Origin: an uncultured Verrucomicrobiae bacterium
GTDB taxonomy: Bacteria > Verrucomicrobiota > Verrucomicrobiia > Limisphaerales > Palsa-1400
Reading direction: 5' to 3'
Assembly (NCBI GenBank): GCA_963702845.1
Contig: OY969763.1
Coordinates: 4,128,001-4,192,000 of the forward strand
DNA: 64,000 bases
Shown here: one piece after another, positions 20,704-29,265 of the stretch
Numbering within the stretch: position 1 is the stretch's first letter
Layout of the letters: each line of letters starts with the position of its first letter
The notes under the pieces: generated by a model
Databases searched by the model: none
Told to the model about the DNA's origin: nothing
What the model saw: the letters and a program-made list of their open reading frames with translations, nothing else
Translations under genes and position numbers: made by a program

Positions 20704-20972
20704 TCGATCACAATGCCGGGGAATCGTTCGGCAATGATTTTGACGATGCGGCCTTCTTCTTCAGGGCGGAGCAAGAGCCGGGCAATGCGGCGCCGGACGG
20801 AATCAAGCAGCTCCAACCAATCTTCAATCGGCGGGTTCTCGACAAGTTCCCATTGATCAAATCGCTTGGCGCGTTTGTAGAAAACCCAATCTTTGCCGAC
20901 GTGCTGGGCGTAACACTGCAGAGTTGCGCCGCCTTCGGTTTCTCGTTTCCAACTGATTTCAGCTTTGGCCAT
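20700..20972 (-). CDS. Hypothetical protein (90 aa)
   Basis: ATG 20972 (MAKAEISWKR) lies 1 bp after the ispF stop; ATGA overlap with the next gene. Confidence 0.75.
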   Translation of the reverse strand: MAKAEISWKRETEGGATLQCYAQHVGKDWVFYKRAKRFDQWELVENPPIEDWLELLDSVRRRIARLLLRPEEEGRIVKIIAERFPGIVIE

Positions 20973-20973
20973 G

Positions 20974-21465
20974 TTAGGACTCCGACGTTTCAGGCATGTC
21001 AACGGTGGCGACGGCCATCGCGGCAATCCCTTCTTCGCGACCAATGAATCCAAGTTTTTCGTTGGTGGTCGCTTTGATTCCAATTCGATTGATGTTAATC
21101 CCCAACGCGTCAGCAACCTGGATTTTCATCTCGTGGGCGTGTGGCATGATTTTGGGCGCTTCGGCGAGGACGGTCGCGTCCACATTGACAATTCTGCCGT
21201 TTCGAAACTTAACCTGCCGCGCGGCTTCCTGCAAAAAGACTTTGCTCGCCGCACCGCGCCAACGAGGGTCGGTGTTGGGGAAAAACTTGCCGATGTCTGA
21301 CTCGCCAATGGCGCCAAATATGGCGTCGCAAATCGCGTGCATCAAAGCATCCGCATCCGAGTGGCCGTCGAGACCTTTGGGATGTGGGATTTCAACGCCG
21401 CCGAGGACGAGTTTTCGGCCGGTGACGAGTGAGTGGATGTCGTATCCGATTCCTACGTGAACCAT
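20974..21465 (-). CDS. ispF: 2-C-methyl-D-erythritol 2,4-cyclodiphosphate synthase
   Basis: GIGYDIH, GHSDAD-x3-HAI-x-DA, DIGKFFP, IKATTNEKLGFIGREEGIAA. Confidence 0.97.
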   Translation of the reverse strand: MVHVGIGYDIHSLVTGRKLVLGGVEIPHPKGLDGHSDADALMHAICDAIFGAIGESDIGKFFPNTDPRWRGAASKVFLQEAARQVKFRNGRIVNVDATVLAEAPKIMPHAHEMKIQVADALGININRIGIKATTNEKLGFIGREEGIAAMAVATVDMPETSES

Positions 21466-21576
21466 AAGGGCGGAGTATGAAAAGTCGTTTCCAGTGTAAC
21501 AAGGAGAAAGCTCCAATTGCTTTTGGCCCTTGGAGCTTTTCGTTGATTGTACCCGCCTGCGCTTTACATTTTAGAC

Positions 21577-22176
21577 ATGCCTGAACCGCAGCTTAACGTT
21601 CTCGCCGTTATCGGCAGCTTGCACAAAGATTCGGTCACGCGTGTCGTCATCAACGCGATGGCGGAGCAACTGCGTGATCGCGGCTGTAATGTGGACGTGC
21701 TCGATTTTGAGAAACATCCTTTGCCTCTCTATAATCCCGATACGTCGTACAGCCTGCCGGAATTTCCCGGGCTAAAACAACGGGTGGATAACGCTGACGT
21801 TTACGTGCTCGGCACGCCCGATTACCACGGCTGCATTAGCAGTGTGATGAAAAGTTTTCTCGACCATTTTTGGCGCGAGTTTGCGGGCAAACTGTTCGCA
21901 ACCGTGGTGGCGTCGCACGAAAAAGGCCTGACGGTCACGGACCAAATGCGCACCGTGGCGCGTCAATGTTATGCGTGGTCGTTGCCGTATGGTTTGTCAT
22001 TCATCGACGGTGAAGACGTCAAGGGCAGGTTGATCGTGAGCAAAGCGTTTGCAGACCGCATGACAATGATGGCGCATGACATCGCGGTTTACGGACGAGT
22101 GCTGACCCAGCAACGAAAAGCTGACTTGGAAGGTAAAGACCCGACGTTCCTCGCGCGGCATCGTGCGAAAGGTTAA
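21577..22176 (+). CDS. NADPH-dependent FMN reductase family
   Basis: IGSL, LPLYNPD, GTPDYHG-x5-KSFLD. Confidence 0.9.
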   Translation: MPEPQLNVLAVIGSLHKDSVTRVVINAMAEQLRDRGCNVDVLDFEKHPLPLYNPDTSYSLPEFPGLKQRVDNADVYVLGTPDYHGCISSVMKSFLDHFWREFAGKLFATVVASHEKGLTVTDQMRTVARQCYAWSLPYGLSFIDGEDVKGRLIVSKAFADRMTMMAHDIAVYGRVLTQQRKADLEGKDPTFLARHRAKG

Positions 22177-22919
22177 GTGCGTGTTTTCGGACTGCGCCGC
22201 AAGCCCGCTTGTAACCAAAGCCGCCAGACCATCGCGAGCGCTTCCCAAACGATTTTGCGCGACATCTTTGACCCACCTTGCGAACGCTCGGTGAAGACGA
22301 TTGGCACTTCGGCAATCTTATAACCATTCATCCAGAGGCGATGGGTCATTTCGATTTGGAAACTGTAACCATTCGAATGCACGGCTTCTAAATCGAGCGT
22401 CTGCAGAGCGCGACGGCGGAAGCACTTGAATCCACCAGTCGGATCAGCGAACGGCATGCCTGTGATAATTCGGACGTAACGGGCCGCGCCGGTGCTCAGG
22501 AGCAATCGCTTCAACGGCCAGTTAATAACACTGATGCGGCCGCCGCTATAGCGACAGCCCAATGCGAGGTCGGCGTTTTTGGCGGCTTCAATCAGGCGGG
22601 GCACATCGTCGGGATTGTGCGAGAGGTCGCAATCCATTTCCAAAATGAATTCGTAATCACGCTCCAGCGCCCACTTAAATCCGGCGCAGTAGGCGCGTCC
22701 CAAACCATTTTTTTCTTTGCGATGTAGGACGTGGATTGACGGATGCTTCGCGGAAATTTCTTCGGCCAGTTTGCCGGTGCCATCAGGGGAGTTGTCATCG
22801 ACGACGAGCAGGTCAACGGGAACAGGCAGCTTCAGCAGCCGCTGCGCGACTTCCGGCAAATTTTCCCGCTCGTTATAAGTCGGGACGATGACCAGGGCTT
22901 TGTTCATTAACTGCGGCAT
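22173..22919 (-). CDS. Polyprenol monophosphomannose synthase (GT2, DPM1/Ppm1-like)
   Basis: IVPTYNEREN, VVDDNSPDGTG, EMDCDLSH, DPTGGFKCFR, SNGYSFQIEM, SKMS. Confidence 0.93.
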   Translation of the reverse strand: MPQLMNKALVIVPTYNERENLPEVAQRLLKLPVPVDLLVVDDNSPDGTGKLAEEISAKHPSIHVLHRKEKNGLGRAYCAGFKWALERDYEFILEMDCDLSHNPDDVPRLIEAAKNADLALGCRYSGGRISVINWPLKRLLLSTGAARYVRIITGMPFADPTGGFKCFRRRALQTLDLEAVHSNGYSFQIEMTHRLWMNGYKIAEVPIVFTERSQGGSKMSRKIVWEALAMVWRLWLQAGLRRSPKTRT

Positions 22920-22952
22920 CAGAAGAACTTAATGCAATTTAAAACTCAAGCT

Positions 22953-24356
22953 TTAGCTTCCGAACTCGGCTGCAGGGTTCGACAGCTCGCGGGGGATTTC
23001 ATTCAATCGATAGCCAAAACCGGAACCGGTGACAGTCGACAGATCAACAACTCCATTGCGCCTTTGATAAAGGCCGGGGTGAACCGACGCTTCGGGTTTT
23101 GACGCTTCGGGATAGAACTGCATACCGTTCGTTTCGATACCCTCGATCGTTCCAATGTGCGCGGCGAGCAGGACATGTGGGATTTGTGCGAGCATGGGAT
23201 TGCTCAGGTCTTGAACCATGATTTGGATCCCGTGCGCCTTCGCCCAGCAACCGCTCAGGAGCGCGCCACTTTGAGTCTTGCACGTCTTGAGCGCGACGCC
23301 CGTCCAACCGAGTTCGCGCCCGAGCCGGATGAGTTTCCAGTTATGCGCGCTTTCATCCAAGAATAGCGGTTTGCGCGAGGAAATTGCGCGCACGTCCATG
23401 GGATTCTTTTCCAGGTCGTACGGGAAAGGCTGTTCGATGTAGAGCAGGCGATGGAAAATCTCCGGCTCGTCAGCGCGCAACTTGTCGAGGATGTGGACCA
23501 CGTATTGTGGATCGCTGACGGTACAATTAAAATCAGCGGTCAGTTTTTGCGCGCCCGTTTCGATGGCGATTTTTCCGACGCGAACCACTCGCTCGTAGTC
23601 CCAGCCTGCGTCGTTGCCGCGCAATTTGATCTTTAAACAATTCAAACCATCGCGCGTGATCCAGTCGCGCAACAAAACCGGGTAGCCGTCGTTAGGTTCT
23701 TTGCCCGTCAGGTCGGCGGGGTCGAGCGGGTCGAGGCCGCCAACCAGGTGCCATGCGGATAGCTTTTCTTTGCGTTTCGGTAAGAGGTAATCAACAACGG
23801 TCTTGCCGGAAAACGACACGGCCTTATCCGCGGGTGTAAGGAATTTTTCGAGGGTTCGATTGAGATGTTCAGGTCCGTAGGTCTCGTACGTTGAACGCTG
23901 GAGCAAATTGCCATAGGCGTCATGCAACGCGATGTCGAAGGCTGACGCGCAAATCAAAGCCGCCAGCCATGGCATGGCCTCGCCGACTGTTGAAAATTGG
24001 TTCGCGGAGTTGAGCAGCTTCGGCAGAACTTCGTCTTCAAATTCTGAACCGATTTCGACCGGATGCCCAAACTGCGCATTAGCAACCCACGCTTTCCCCA
24101 ACGCCAGGCATAGCTCCTTCATCTCCGCGTGCCGAGGCTCGTAAGCCAAAGTGCTCGGCCAACCCCACTGCACGCTCAACGGCGTTTCGCCCCACCCTTC
24201 CGCTGTGCGTCCATCGCGCGACTGAACGCGCATTTGAACACGAGCGCACGTGACCGAAGACAACGTCTCTGGTCCGAACTTAATCGGCATCCGTGTTTTG
24301 ATCGGCAGAAAATAAACCGCCGCGCCGACACATCGCACATCTGAAGGTTTGCTCAC
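22953..24356 (-). CDS. Enolase-superfamily (mandelate racemase/muconate lactonizing-like) protein
   Basis: GWGE, LKIKLRG, ADFN, YIEQP, LDES; likely GTG start at 24356. Confidence 0.85.
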   Translation of the reverse strand: MSKPSDVRCVGAAVYFLPIKTRMPIKFGPETLSSVTCARVQMRVQSRDGRTAEGWGETPLSVQWGWPSTLAYEPRHAEMKELCLALGKAWVANAQFGHPVEIGSEFEDEVLPKLLNSANQFSTVGEAMPWLAALICASAFDIALHDAYGNLLQRSTYETYGPEHLNRTLEKFLTPADKAVSFSGKTVVDYLLPKRKEKLSAWHLVGGLDPLDPADLTGKEPNDGYPVLLRDWITRDGLNCLKIKLRGNDAGWDYERVVRVGKIAIETGAQKLTADFNCTVSDPQYVVHILDKLRADEPEIFHRLLYIEQPFPYDLEKNPMDVRAISSRKPLFLDESAHNWKLIRLGRELGWTGVALKTCKTQSGALLSGCWAKAHGIQIMVQDLSNPMLAQIPHVLLAAHIGTIEGIETNGMQFYPEASKPEASVHPGLYQRRNGVVDLSTVTGSGFGYRLNEIPRELSNPAAEFGS

Positions 24357-24446
24357 GCGATGGCAGGCTAGGCAAACGTCAGACGATGTCAATTTCCGCG
24401 CGACTGAACATTGCAACCCCAATGCGACTCCCTTAAAATAGCAAAT

Positions 24447-25037
24447 ATGAAACGCTGGTTTTTACTTAGTGCCGTTGCCGCCTTGACTGTTCTCAGCCGA
24501 TCTGCTTTTGCAGACACAACGGCTCTCGACCTGATCGCGGAAGGCAATCGATACGTCGGCGAGCAATCGAAGGATAAAGTCGTCGAGATTTTTTCCGAAA
24601 AGTCCATCGCCAACCTCACGCCCAAGATTTGGACCGTCGTCTATTTTGATCCGACCGCGACGTTCAAATCAGTCCAGGTGCGCTTCGAAGCCGGCAAAAT
24701 GAAAGATGTGAAACGCCCGTTCCGCGTTTTGCAAATGGGCACGGGCGAACATAAGACGCTCGACATGACCAAAGTTAAAATCGATTCCGACAAAGCGCTG
24801 TCCATCGCGAAAAAACAACCGATCCTTGAAGGCCTTGAATTGCGCGGTTCACAATTGTGGCTCGCTACGGGCAATTCCCGTGTCAGCGACCTCTACACCG
24901 GCCCTGTGTGGAAAGTGAAGTTCTTCGCAGCAAAGACGAGCAACAAGAATGCGACCGCCGATGTCGGCGATATCTATATCGCGGCTGATGACGGCAAAAT
25001 CATCAAGGACGAGTTCCACATCAATAACGCGGAATAG
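24447..25037 (+). CDS. Secreted hypothetical protein (possibly PepSY-like)
   Basis: Signal peptide (SAFA-D); KIDSDKALSIA, PVWKV, IYIAADDGKII. Confidence 0.75.
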   Translation: MKRWFLLSAVAALTVLSRSAFADTTALDLIAEGNRYVGEQSKDKVVEIFSEKSIANLTPKIWTVVYFDPTATFKSVQVRFEAGKMKDVKRPFRVLQMGTGEHKTLDMTKVKIDSDKALSIAKKQPILEGLELRGSQLWLATGNSRVSDLYTGPVWKVKFFAAKTSNKNATADVGDIYIAADDGKIIKDEFHINNAE

Positions 25038-25041
25038 CGCG

Positions 25042-26121
25042 TTAATTCGTCGCCCTCTCGACCATCAACTCGTTAAATCCGGTCTGCTGATCGAGGGGAC
25101 GGGCGAAGCGCAGATTTTTTGCTTCGCCGATAATGATCTCTGCTGTTGTGTAAATCTTGCAACCGTCGACGAGATGACCACCGATTGTTTTGCCTGTTTC
25201 GTCTGACAACGAAATGTGCAGGTGTGGACCATCCGGCGAAAGCGTGCCGACGAGCGAAACGATTTCGAATTTGCCGTTGAATGGTGTCGATTGTTTTTGA
25301 TCAGCGAGACGAAGCTTAGCTGATTCAAGACTTCCAACTGCCGTCACTATAAATCCCGCGCGCAGATGATGCGCCCGCGTGTAGTCTTCCAGAGCCAACC
25401 GTAAATCGTCGTGCGGATTCAACCGCAACACATGAACTCTAGTCTTCGATGACAACGAGCGTTGATGCGCATGCTGAAGTTCAGACCGAATCTGCATCAG
25501 GATATCGTAATAACGCCAGGCAGCGGGCGGATTCGGCTCCTGTTTGTGATCGGGCTTGAGAATCAAATCACCTGTCGCGAGCAGCACTTTGCGAACTTTT
25601 GGATTCTGCAAAACCTTTGCCCGCATCGCTTCAACAATGAGCCTATATTGTTCACCGGGTTGCGCAGGACGATATTCAAAACGCCGTCCTTCAAACGTGA
25701 CCCAGTTGATTCCCATTTTCTTCATGTTCGCTGAGCCGATATCTCCTGCCCGCTTGGCTTCGAAGCTGGACATCCGCTCGACTTGCGCGCGCGTGTAAGG
25801 CAATTCCAAACCTGGAAATTTTGCGCGAGCATCATCGGCGCTTTCCGGAAACTTCATCGCCTGCCAAAATCCTTCGATACTCGCGTAGCGCTTGCCGCGA
25901 AACGTGAAGGGCGTCGGTGCGAAATTTGAAAGAAGACCGAGTTCGTTGCGTTTGGAAAGGATGACCTCGTTGGGTTTCGCGTCTTGCGGAAAAATCTCCC
26001 AAGCAGGCGCACCATTGGTCGGCACAGGAGTCCACCAGTGCGCAGGATATTTGTGAGGCTTCGTCGTTGCGCAGCCACAAGCCAGCAAACCGACCAGCAG
26101 CAACGTTTGATGTATACGCAT
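25042..26121 (-). CDS. Lipoprotein: NADAR (YbiA/DUF1768)-like domain fused to PPC/DUF296 domain
   Basis: Lipobox-like LACGC; LSNF...EGFWQAMKF...RAKVLQNP...LLATGD...LMQIRSEL; then LRLNPHDDL, AVGSL, FEIVSLVGTL, HLHISLSD, GGHL, TTAEI. Confidence 0.8.
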   Translation of the reverse strand: MRIHQTLLLVGLLACGCATTKPHKYPAHWWTPVPTNGAPAWEIFPQDAKPNEVILSKRNELGLLSNFAPTPFTFRGKRYASIEGFWQAMKFPESADDARAKFPGLELPYTRAQVERMSSFEAKRAGDIGSANMKKMGINWVTFEGRRFEYRPAQPGEQYRLIVEAMRAKVLQNPKVRKVLLATGDLILKPDHKQEPNPPAAWRYYDILMQIRSELQHAHQRSLSSKTRVHVLRLNPHDDLRLALEDYTRAHHLRAGFIVTAVGSLESAKLRLADQKQSTPFNGKFEIVSLVGTLSPDGPHLHISLSDETGKTIGGHLVDGCKIYTTAEIIIGEAKNLRFARPLDQQTGFNELMVERATN

Positions 26122-26180
26122 GCGGCTATCGATGTAGCCGAACGCAACCGATAAATGAATACCAAAAGAAGCCGTTGGGT

Positions 26181-27440
26181 TTAACCAACGAACTTTTTCG
26201 CGATGAGTGTCGCGTTGTGGCCACCGAATCCGAATGAGTTGTTCACGATTGCATTCACCGGCATTTCACGCGCGGTGTGCGGAATGTAGTCGAGGTCGCA
26301 CTGAGCATCGGGGTTGTCCAGGTTGATCGTTGGCGGAACAATTCCTTTTTCGATCGCCTTCACGCAAATCGCCATTTCGACCGCACCAGCGGCACCAAGC
26401 ATGTGACCCGTCGCGCCTTTGGTGGAGCTGACGGCCAAGCGCTTGGCATAATCGCCAAAAACGGTTTTGATCGCCTGGGTTTCCGCGATATCGCCCTGCG
26501 GAGTTGCGGTGCCGTGGGCGTTGACGTAGGAAATATCCTGTGGGTTCAGACCAGCCGAACGCAGCGCCATTTTCATGCAACGCGCCGCGCCTTCACCTTC
26601 CGGAGACGGAGCAGTGATGTGGTTTGCATCCGCGGTGTTGCCGTAACCGACCAGTTCCGCGTAAATCTTCGCTCCACGCGCTTTTGCGTGTTCCAGCTCT
26701 TCCAGCAAAATGACACCCGCGCCCTCGCCCATCACAAAACCATCGCGTTCTTTATCGAACGGGCGCGAGGCGTGTTGAGGATCATCATTGCGCGTGCTCA
26801 TTGCTTTCATTGCGCAGAAACCGCCAACCCCCAAGGCACAAATGGCAGCTTCACTCCCTCCCGCGAACATCGCCACTGCATCGCCCATTTTGAGCGTGCG
26901 CCAAGCTTCGCCGATCGCGTGCGTCGAGGTGGCGCAGGCCGAACATGTCGCGACGTTCGGACCGCGCAGTTTGTAGTACATCGAGAACAACCCCGAGCCC
27001 ATATTCAAAATGAGCATCGGAATCATGAACGGCGACAAACGACCGGGCCCTTTGGACAAATAGATTTTATGCTGATCTTCGGTCGTTTCGAGACCGCCGA
27101 TACCCGAGCCGATGAAAGCGCCAACCTGGTCACGATCGACCTTATCCAGATCGATGCCGGAATCCTTCAACGCTCGGTTCGCCGCTGAAATCGAGAACTG
27201 GGTAAAACGGTCCGTGCGCCGCACTTCCTTAGGCGACGGCAGGTCAGCCGCCGGATCAAAATCCGGCACTTGCGCGGCGATGCGACAATCGAAAGCGGAC
27301 GCGTCAAACGCGGTGATCGGGCCAATACCACACTTGCCCGCGACCACGTTGTTCCAAAACGTATCCACGTCCTTCCCGAGTGACGAAATCACGCCCAAAC
27401 CCGTGATAACCACCCGCCGTTCTGTCCAATTGCTTGCCAT
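26181..27440 (-). CDS. fabF: 3-oxoacyl-ACP synthase II
   Basis: RRVVITGLG, SACATS, NAHGTAT, TGHMLGAAG, NSFGFGGHN. Confidence 0.97.
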   Translation of the reverse strand: MASNWTERRVVITGLGVISSLGKDVDTFWNNVVAGKCGIGPITAFDASAFDCRIAAQVPDFDPAADLPSPKEVRRTDRFTQFSISAANRALKDSGIDLDKVDRDQVGAFIGSGIGGLETTEDQHKIYLSKGPGRLSPFMIPMLILNMGSGLFSMYYKLRGPNVATCSACATSTHAIGEAWRTLKMGDAVAMFAGGSEAAICALGVGGFCAMKAMSTRNDDPQHASRPFDKERDGFVMGEGAGVILLEELEHAKARGAKIYAELVGYGNTADANHITAPSPEGEGAARCMKMALRSAGLNPQDISYVNAHGTATPQGDIAETQAIKTVFGDYAKRLAVSSTKGATGHMLGAAGAVEMAICVKAIEKGIVPPTINLDNPDAQCDLDYIPHTAREMPVNAIVNNSFGFGGHNATLIAKKFVG

Positions 27441-27475
27441 AAAAAAGGGCAGCGTGGAACTGGCCAGGCTGCCCT
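27441..27475 (-). terminator. Intrinsic terminator-like hairpin between acpP and fabF
   Basis: Minus strand AGGGCAGC...GCTGCCCT stem followed by a T run that abuts the fabF ATG. Confidence 0.65.
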
Positions 27476-27489
27476 ATAAAATTAAACCC

Positions 27490-27735
27490 TTACTTCTTCT
27501 GCGTGTCTTCGATATATTTAATGACGTCGCCGACGGTCTGCAGTTTTTCGGCCTGTTCGTCAGGGATTTCGTTACCGAACTCTTCTTCCAATGCCATGAC
27601 CAATTCCACCGTGTCCAACGAATCCGCGCCGAGGTCCTCGATGAATTTAGCTTCAGGAGTGACCTGATCCGCATTGACGCCGAGTTGTTCGACGATGATT
27701 TCTTTTACTCTTTGCTCAATTGATTTATCTGCCAT
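27490..27735 (-). CDS. acpP: Acyl carrier protein
   Basis: [20 protein letters not shown]. Confidence 0.98.
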   Translation of the reverse strand: MADKSIEQRVKEIIVEQLGVNADQVTPEAKFIEDLGADSLDTVELVMALEEEFGNEIPDEQAEKLQTVGDVIKYIEDTQKK

Positions 27736-27802
27736 TGGTTTGTTCTCCAAATTTTTATTTTGGTCTGTGTCTATGCCCCACGTATTGGGGGGCGTCAAGT
27801 CC

Positions 27803-27820
27803 TGAAATACAAGTATTTCA
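27803..27820. promoter_or_regulatory. Perfect 8-2-8 palindrome, candidate operator upstream of acpP
   Basis: TGAAATAC-AA-GTATTTCA; a minus-strand TTGACA lies at 27857..27862. Confidence 0.5.
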
Positions 27821-27944
27821 TTTAACTCTGCGCAAGCATCGGTTTAACGCGCCAAATGTCAATGCAAAGTGGTGATGTGCTTTTTTGCGCCGTCATGTAA
27901 AACGCCAAAAACGCAACAATCTAAGGTGCTCAGCGTTTTAAAAA

Positions 27945-28292
27945 TCAGGTTTCGAAAGATTTGCCACACCCGCAGCTTTGCTTCGCGTTTGGATTGGTGA
28001 TTTTAAAGCCACCCCCCGTTAAGGCGTCGCTAAAATCGACCACTGCGCCACGGACGTAATCGGCGCTGAACGGGTCAACGAGGATGCTGACGCCGTGGCC
28101 GGACGATTCCGTATCATCGGCGCGCTTTTCGTCGAAAACCATCCCATAGGACATGCCTGAACAGCCGCCTTGCTCCACGTAAACGCGCAGGTTCTTGCCC
28201 ACGTTTTCCGGTTGGGCGAGCTTCGCCTTGATCTCTTCCGCCGCGGACGGGGTGAGGTTCACGACGTTCTGGGTGTCGGCTGCATTCGTCAT
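27945..28292 (-). CDS. A-type Fe-S cluster carrier (ErpA/IscA/HesB family)
   Basis: GGCSG, NPNAKQSCGCGKSF. Confidence 0.95.
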   Translation of the reverse strand: MTNAADTQNVVNLTPSAAEEIKAKLAQPENVGKNLRVYVEQGGCSGMSYGMVFDEKRADDTESSGHGVSILVDPFSADYVRGAVVDFSDALTGGGFKITNPNAKQSCGCGKSFET

Positions 28293-28349
28293 ATTTAAAA
28301 GCTACCAAACTGCGTCTGAAGTGTCAAAAAGCCGACGCAACGGAATTTC

Positions 28350-28628
28350 CTATTTTGGGTTACGGATCTTTTCCTTCTTCTGCTCCAACTCGGCCTGAAA
28401 CGCTTTGCGGTCGCGAACGAGTTGCTCTTCCATCTGGTGATATTCTTCGGCGTCACCTTTTTCGACGGCTTTCTGCAATGCGCCTTTCAGGAAAATTTCG
28501 CGTTCCGCAATTTTCGCAGCGTATTTGGCATCCAAGTCCGCGAGTTCTTTCTTCTGCGCGTCAGTGATCTTCATTGTTGGCTGCGTTTTCGCGAGCCGTT
28601 CCATTGCTAATTCATACGCCGATTTCAT
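28350..28628 (-). CDS. Hypothetical coiled-coil protein
   Basis: MKSAYELAMERL start; helical; co-oriented in the cluster. Confidence 0.8.
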   Translation of the reverse strand: MKSAYELAMERLAKTQPTMKITDAQKKELADLDAKYAAKIAEREIFLKGALQKAVEKGDAEEYHQMEEQLVRDRKAFQAELEQKKEKIRNPK

Positions 28629-28655
28629 TGTGTCTTACTGAATAGTGAAAACTGA

Positions 28656-29114
28656 TTACTGAATACTTTTGTTTTTCTTCCAGGGCATGTCCGGAAACTT
28701 CGCCGGCGGCGGTTTGACCGGTTGCGGTGGTGGTGGCGGTTTCGCCATTTCCAATTCTTGTTCTTCAGCCGTTTTCGTCGCCGGAGCAGACATGTTGCCG
28801 CGCCACGAGGAAATGCGCGACTGCAACGCGTAATGCTCCGCCGTCGGCTTGTCGCCGGTTTTCATATAGGCCCGCGATAAATTCGTATAAACCAACTGAT
28901 CGTTCGGCCGCATCTTTTCAGCCTTGTGACCCTCAGCGATGGCCATCGCGTAATCGCCCTTGGCGTAGTAGGCCGCGCCTAACGCGAGTTGTGCGTCGAA
29001 GAACTCGGGATTCTGTTCGAGAATGCCTTTCAACTTTGCGATAGCTTCGTCCGCCTTCCCTTGCGAAAAGTCGAACATAGCGTCATCGAATTGTTCCTGA
29101 AGGGAATCACTCAC
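28656..29114 (-). CDS. Small TPR protein with Pro-rich tail
   Basis: 2-3 TPRs; likely GTG start at 29114. Confidence 0.8.
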   Translation of the reverse strand: MSDSLQEQFDDAMFDFSQGKADEAIAKLKGILEQNPEFFDAQLALGAAYYAKGDYAMAIAEGHKAEKMRPNDQLVYTNLSRAYMKTGDKPTAEHYALQSRISSWRGNMSAPATKTAEEQELEMAKPPPPPQPVKPPPAKFPDMPWKKNKSIQ

Positions 29115-29265
29115 ATCCGCAAAGTGACACGCCATTGCACGGTGTTCAACAACGTTCAACCTGCTGCACACGGATTATGCAGATAAAGTAGTGCTACTTT
29201 TGCACAGACAAAAACACTGCCTCCACAAGATTTGCAAACATGGCGCACGAGCGAAGCTCGTCTTT

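Noticed and set aside
26181..27735. Type II PKS cluster
   Set aside because: Canonical FabF and AcpP with no chain-length factor or tailoring genes.
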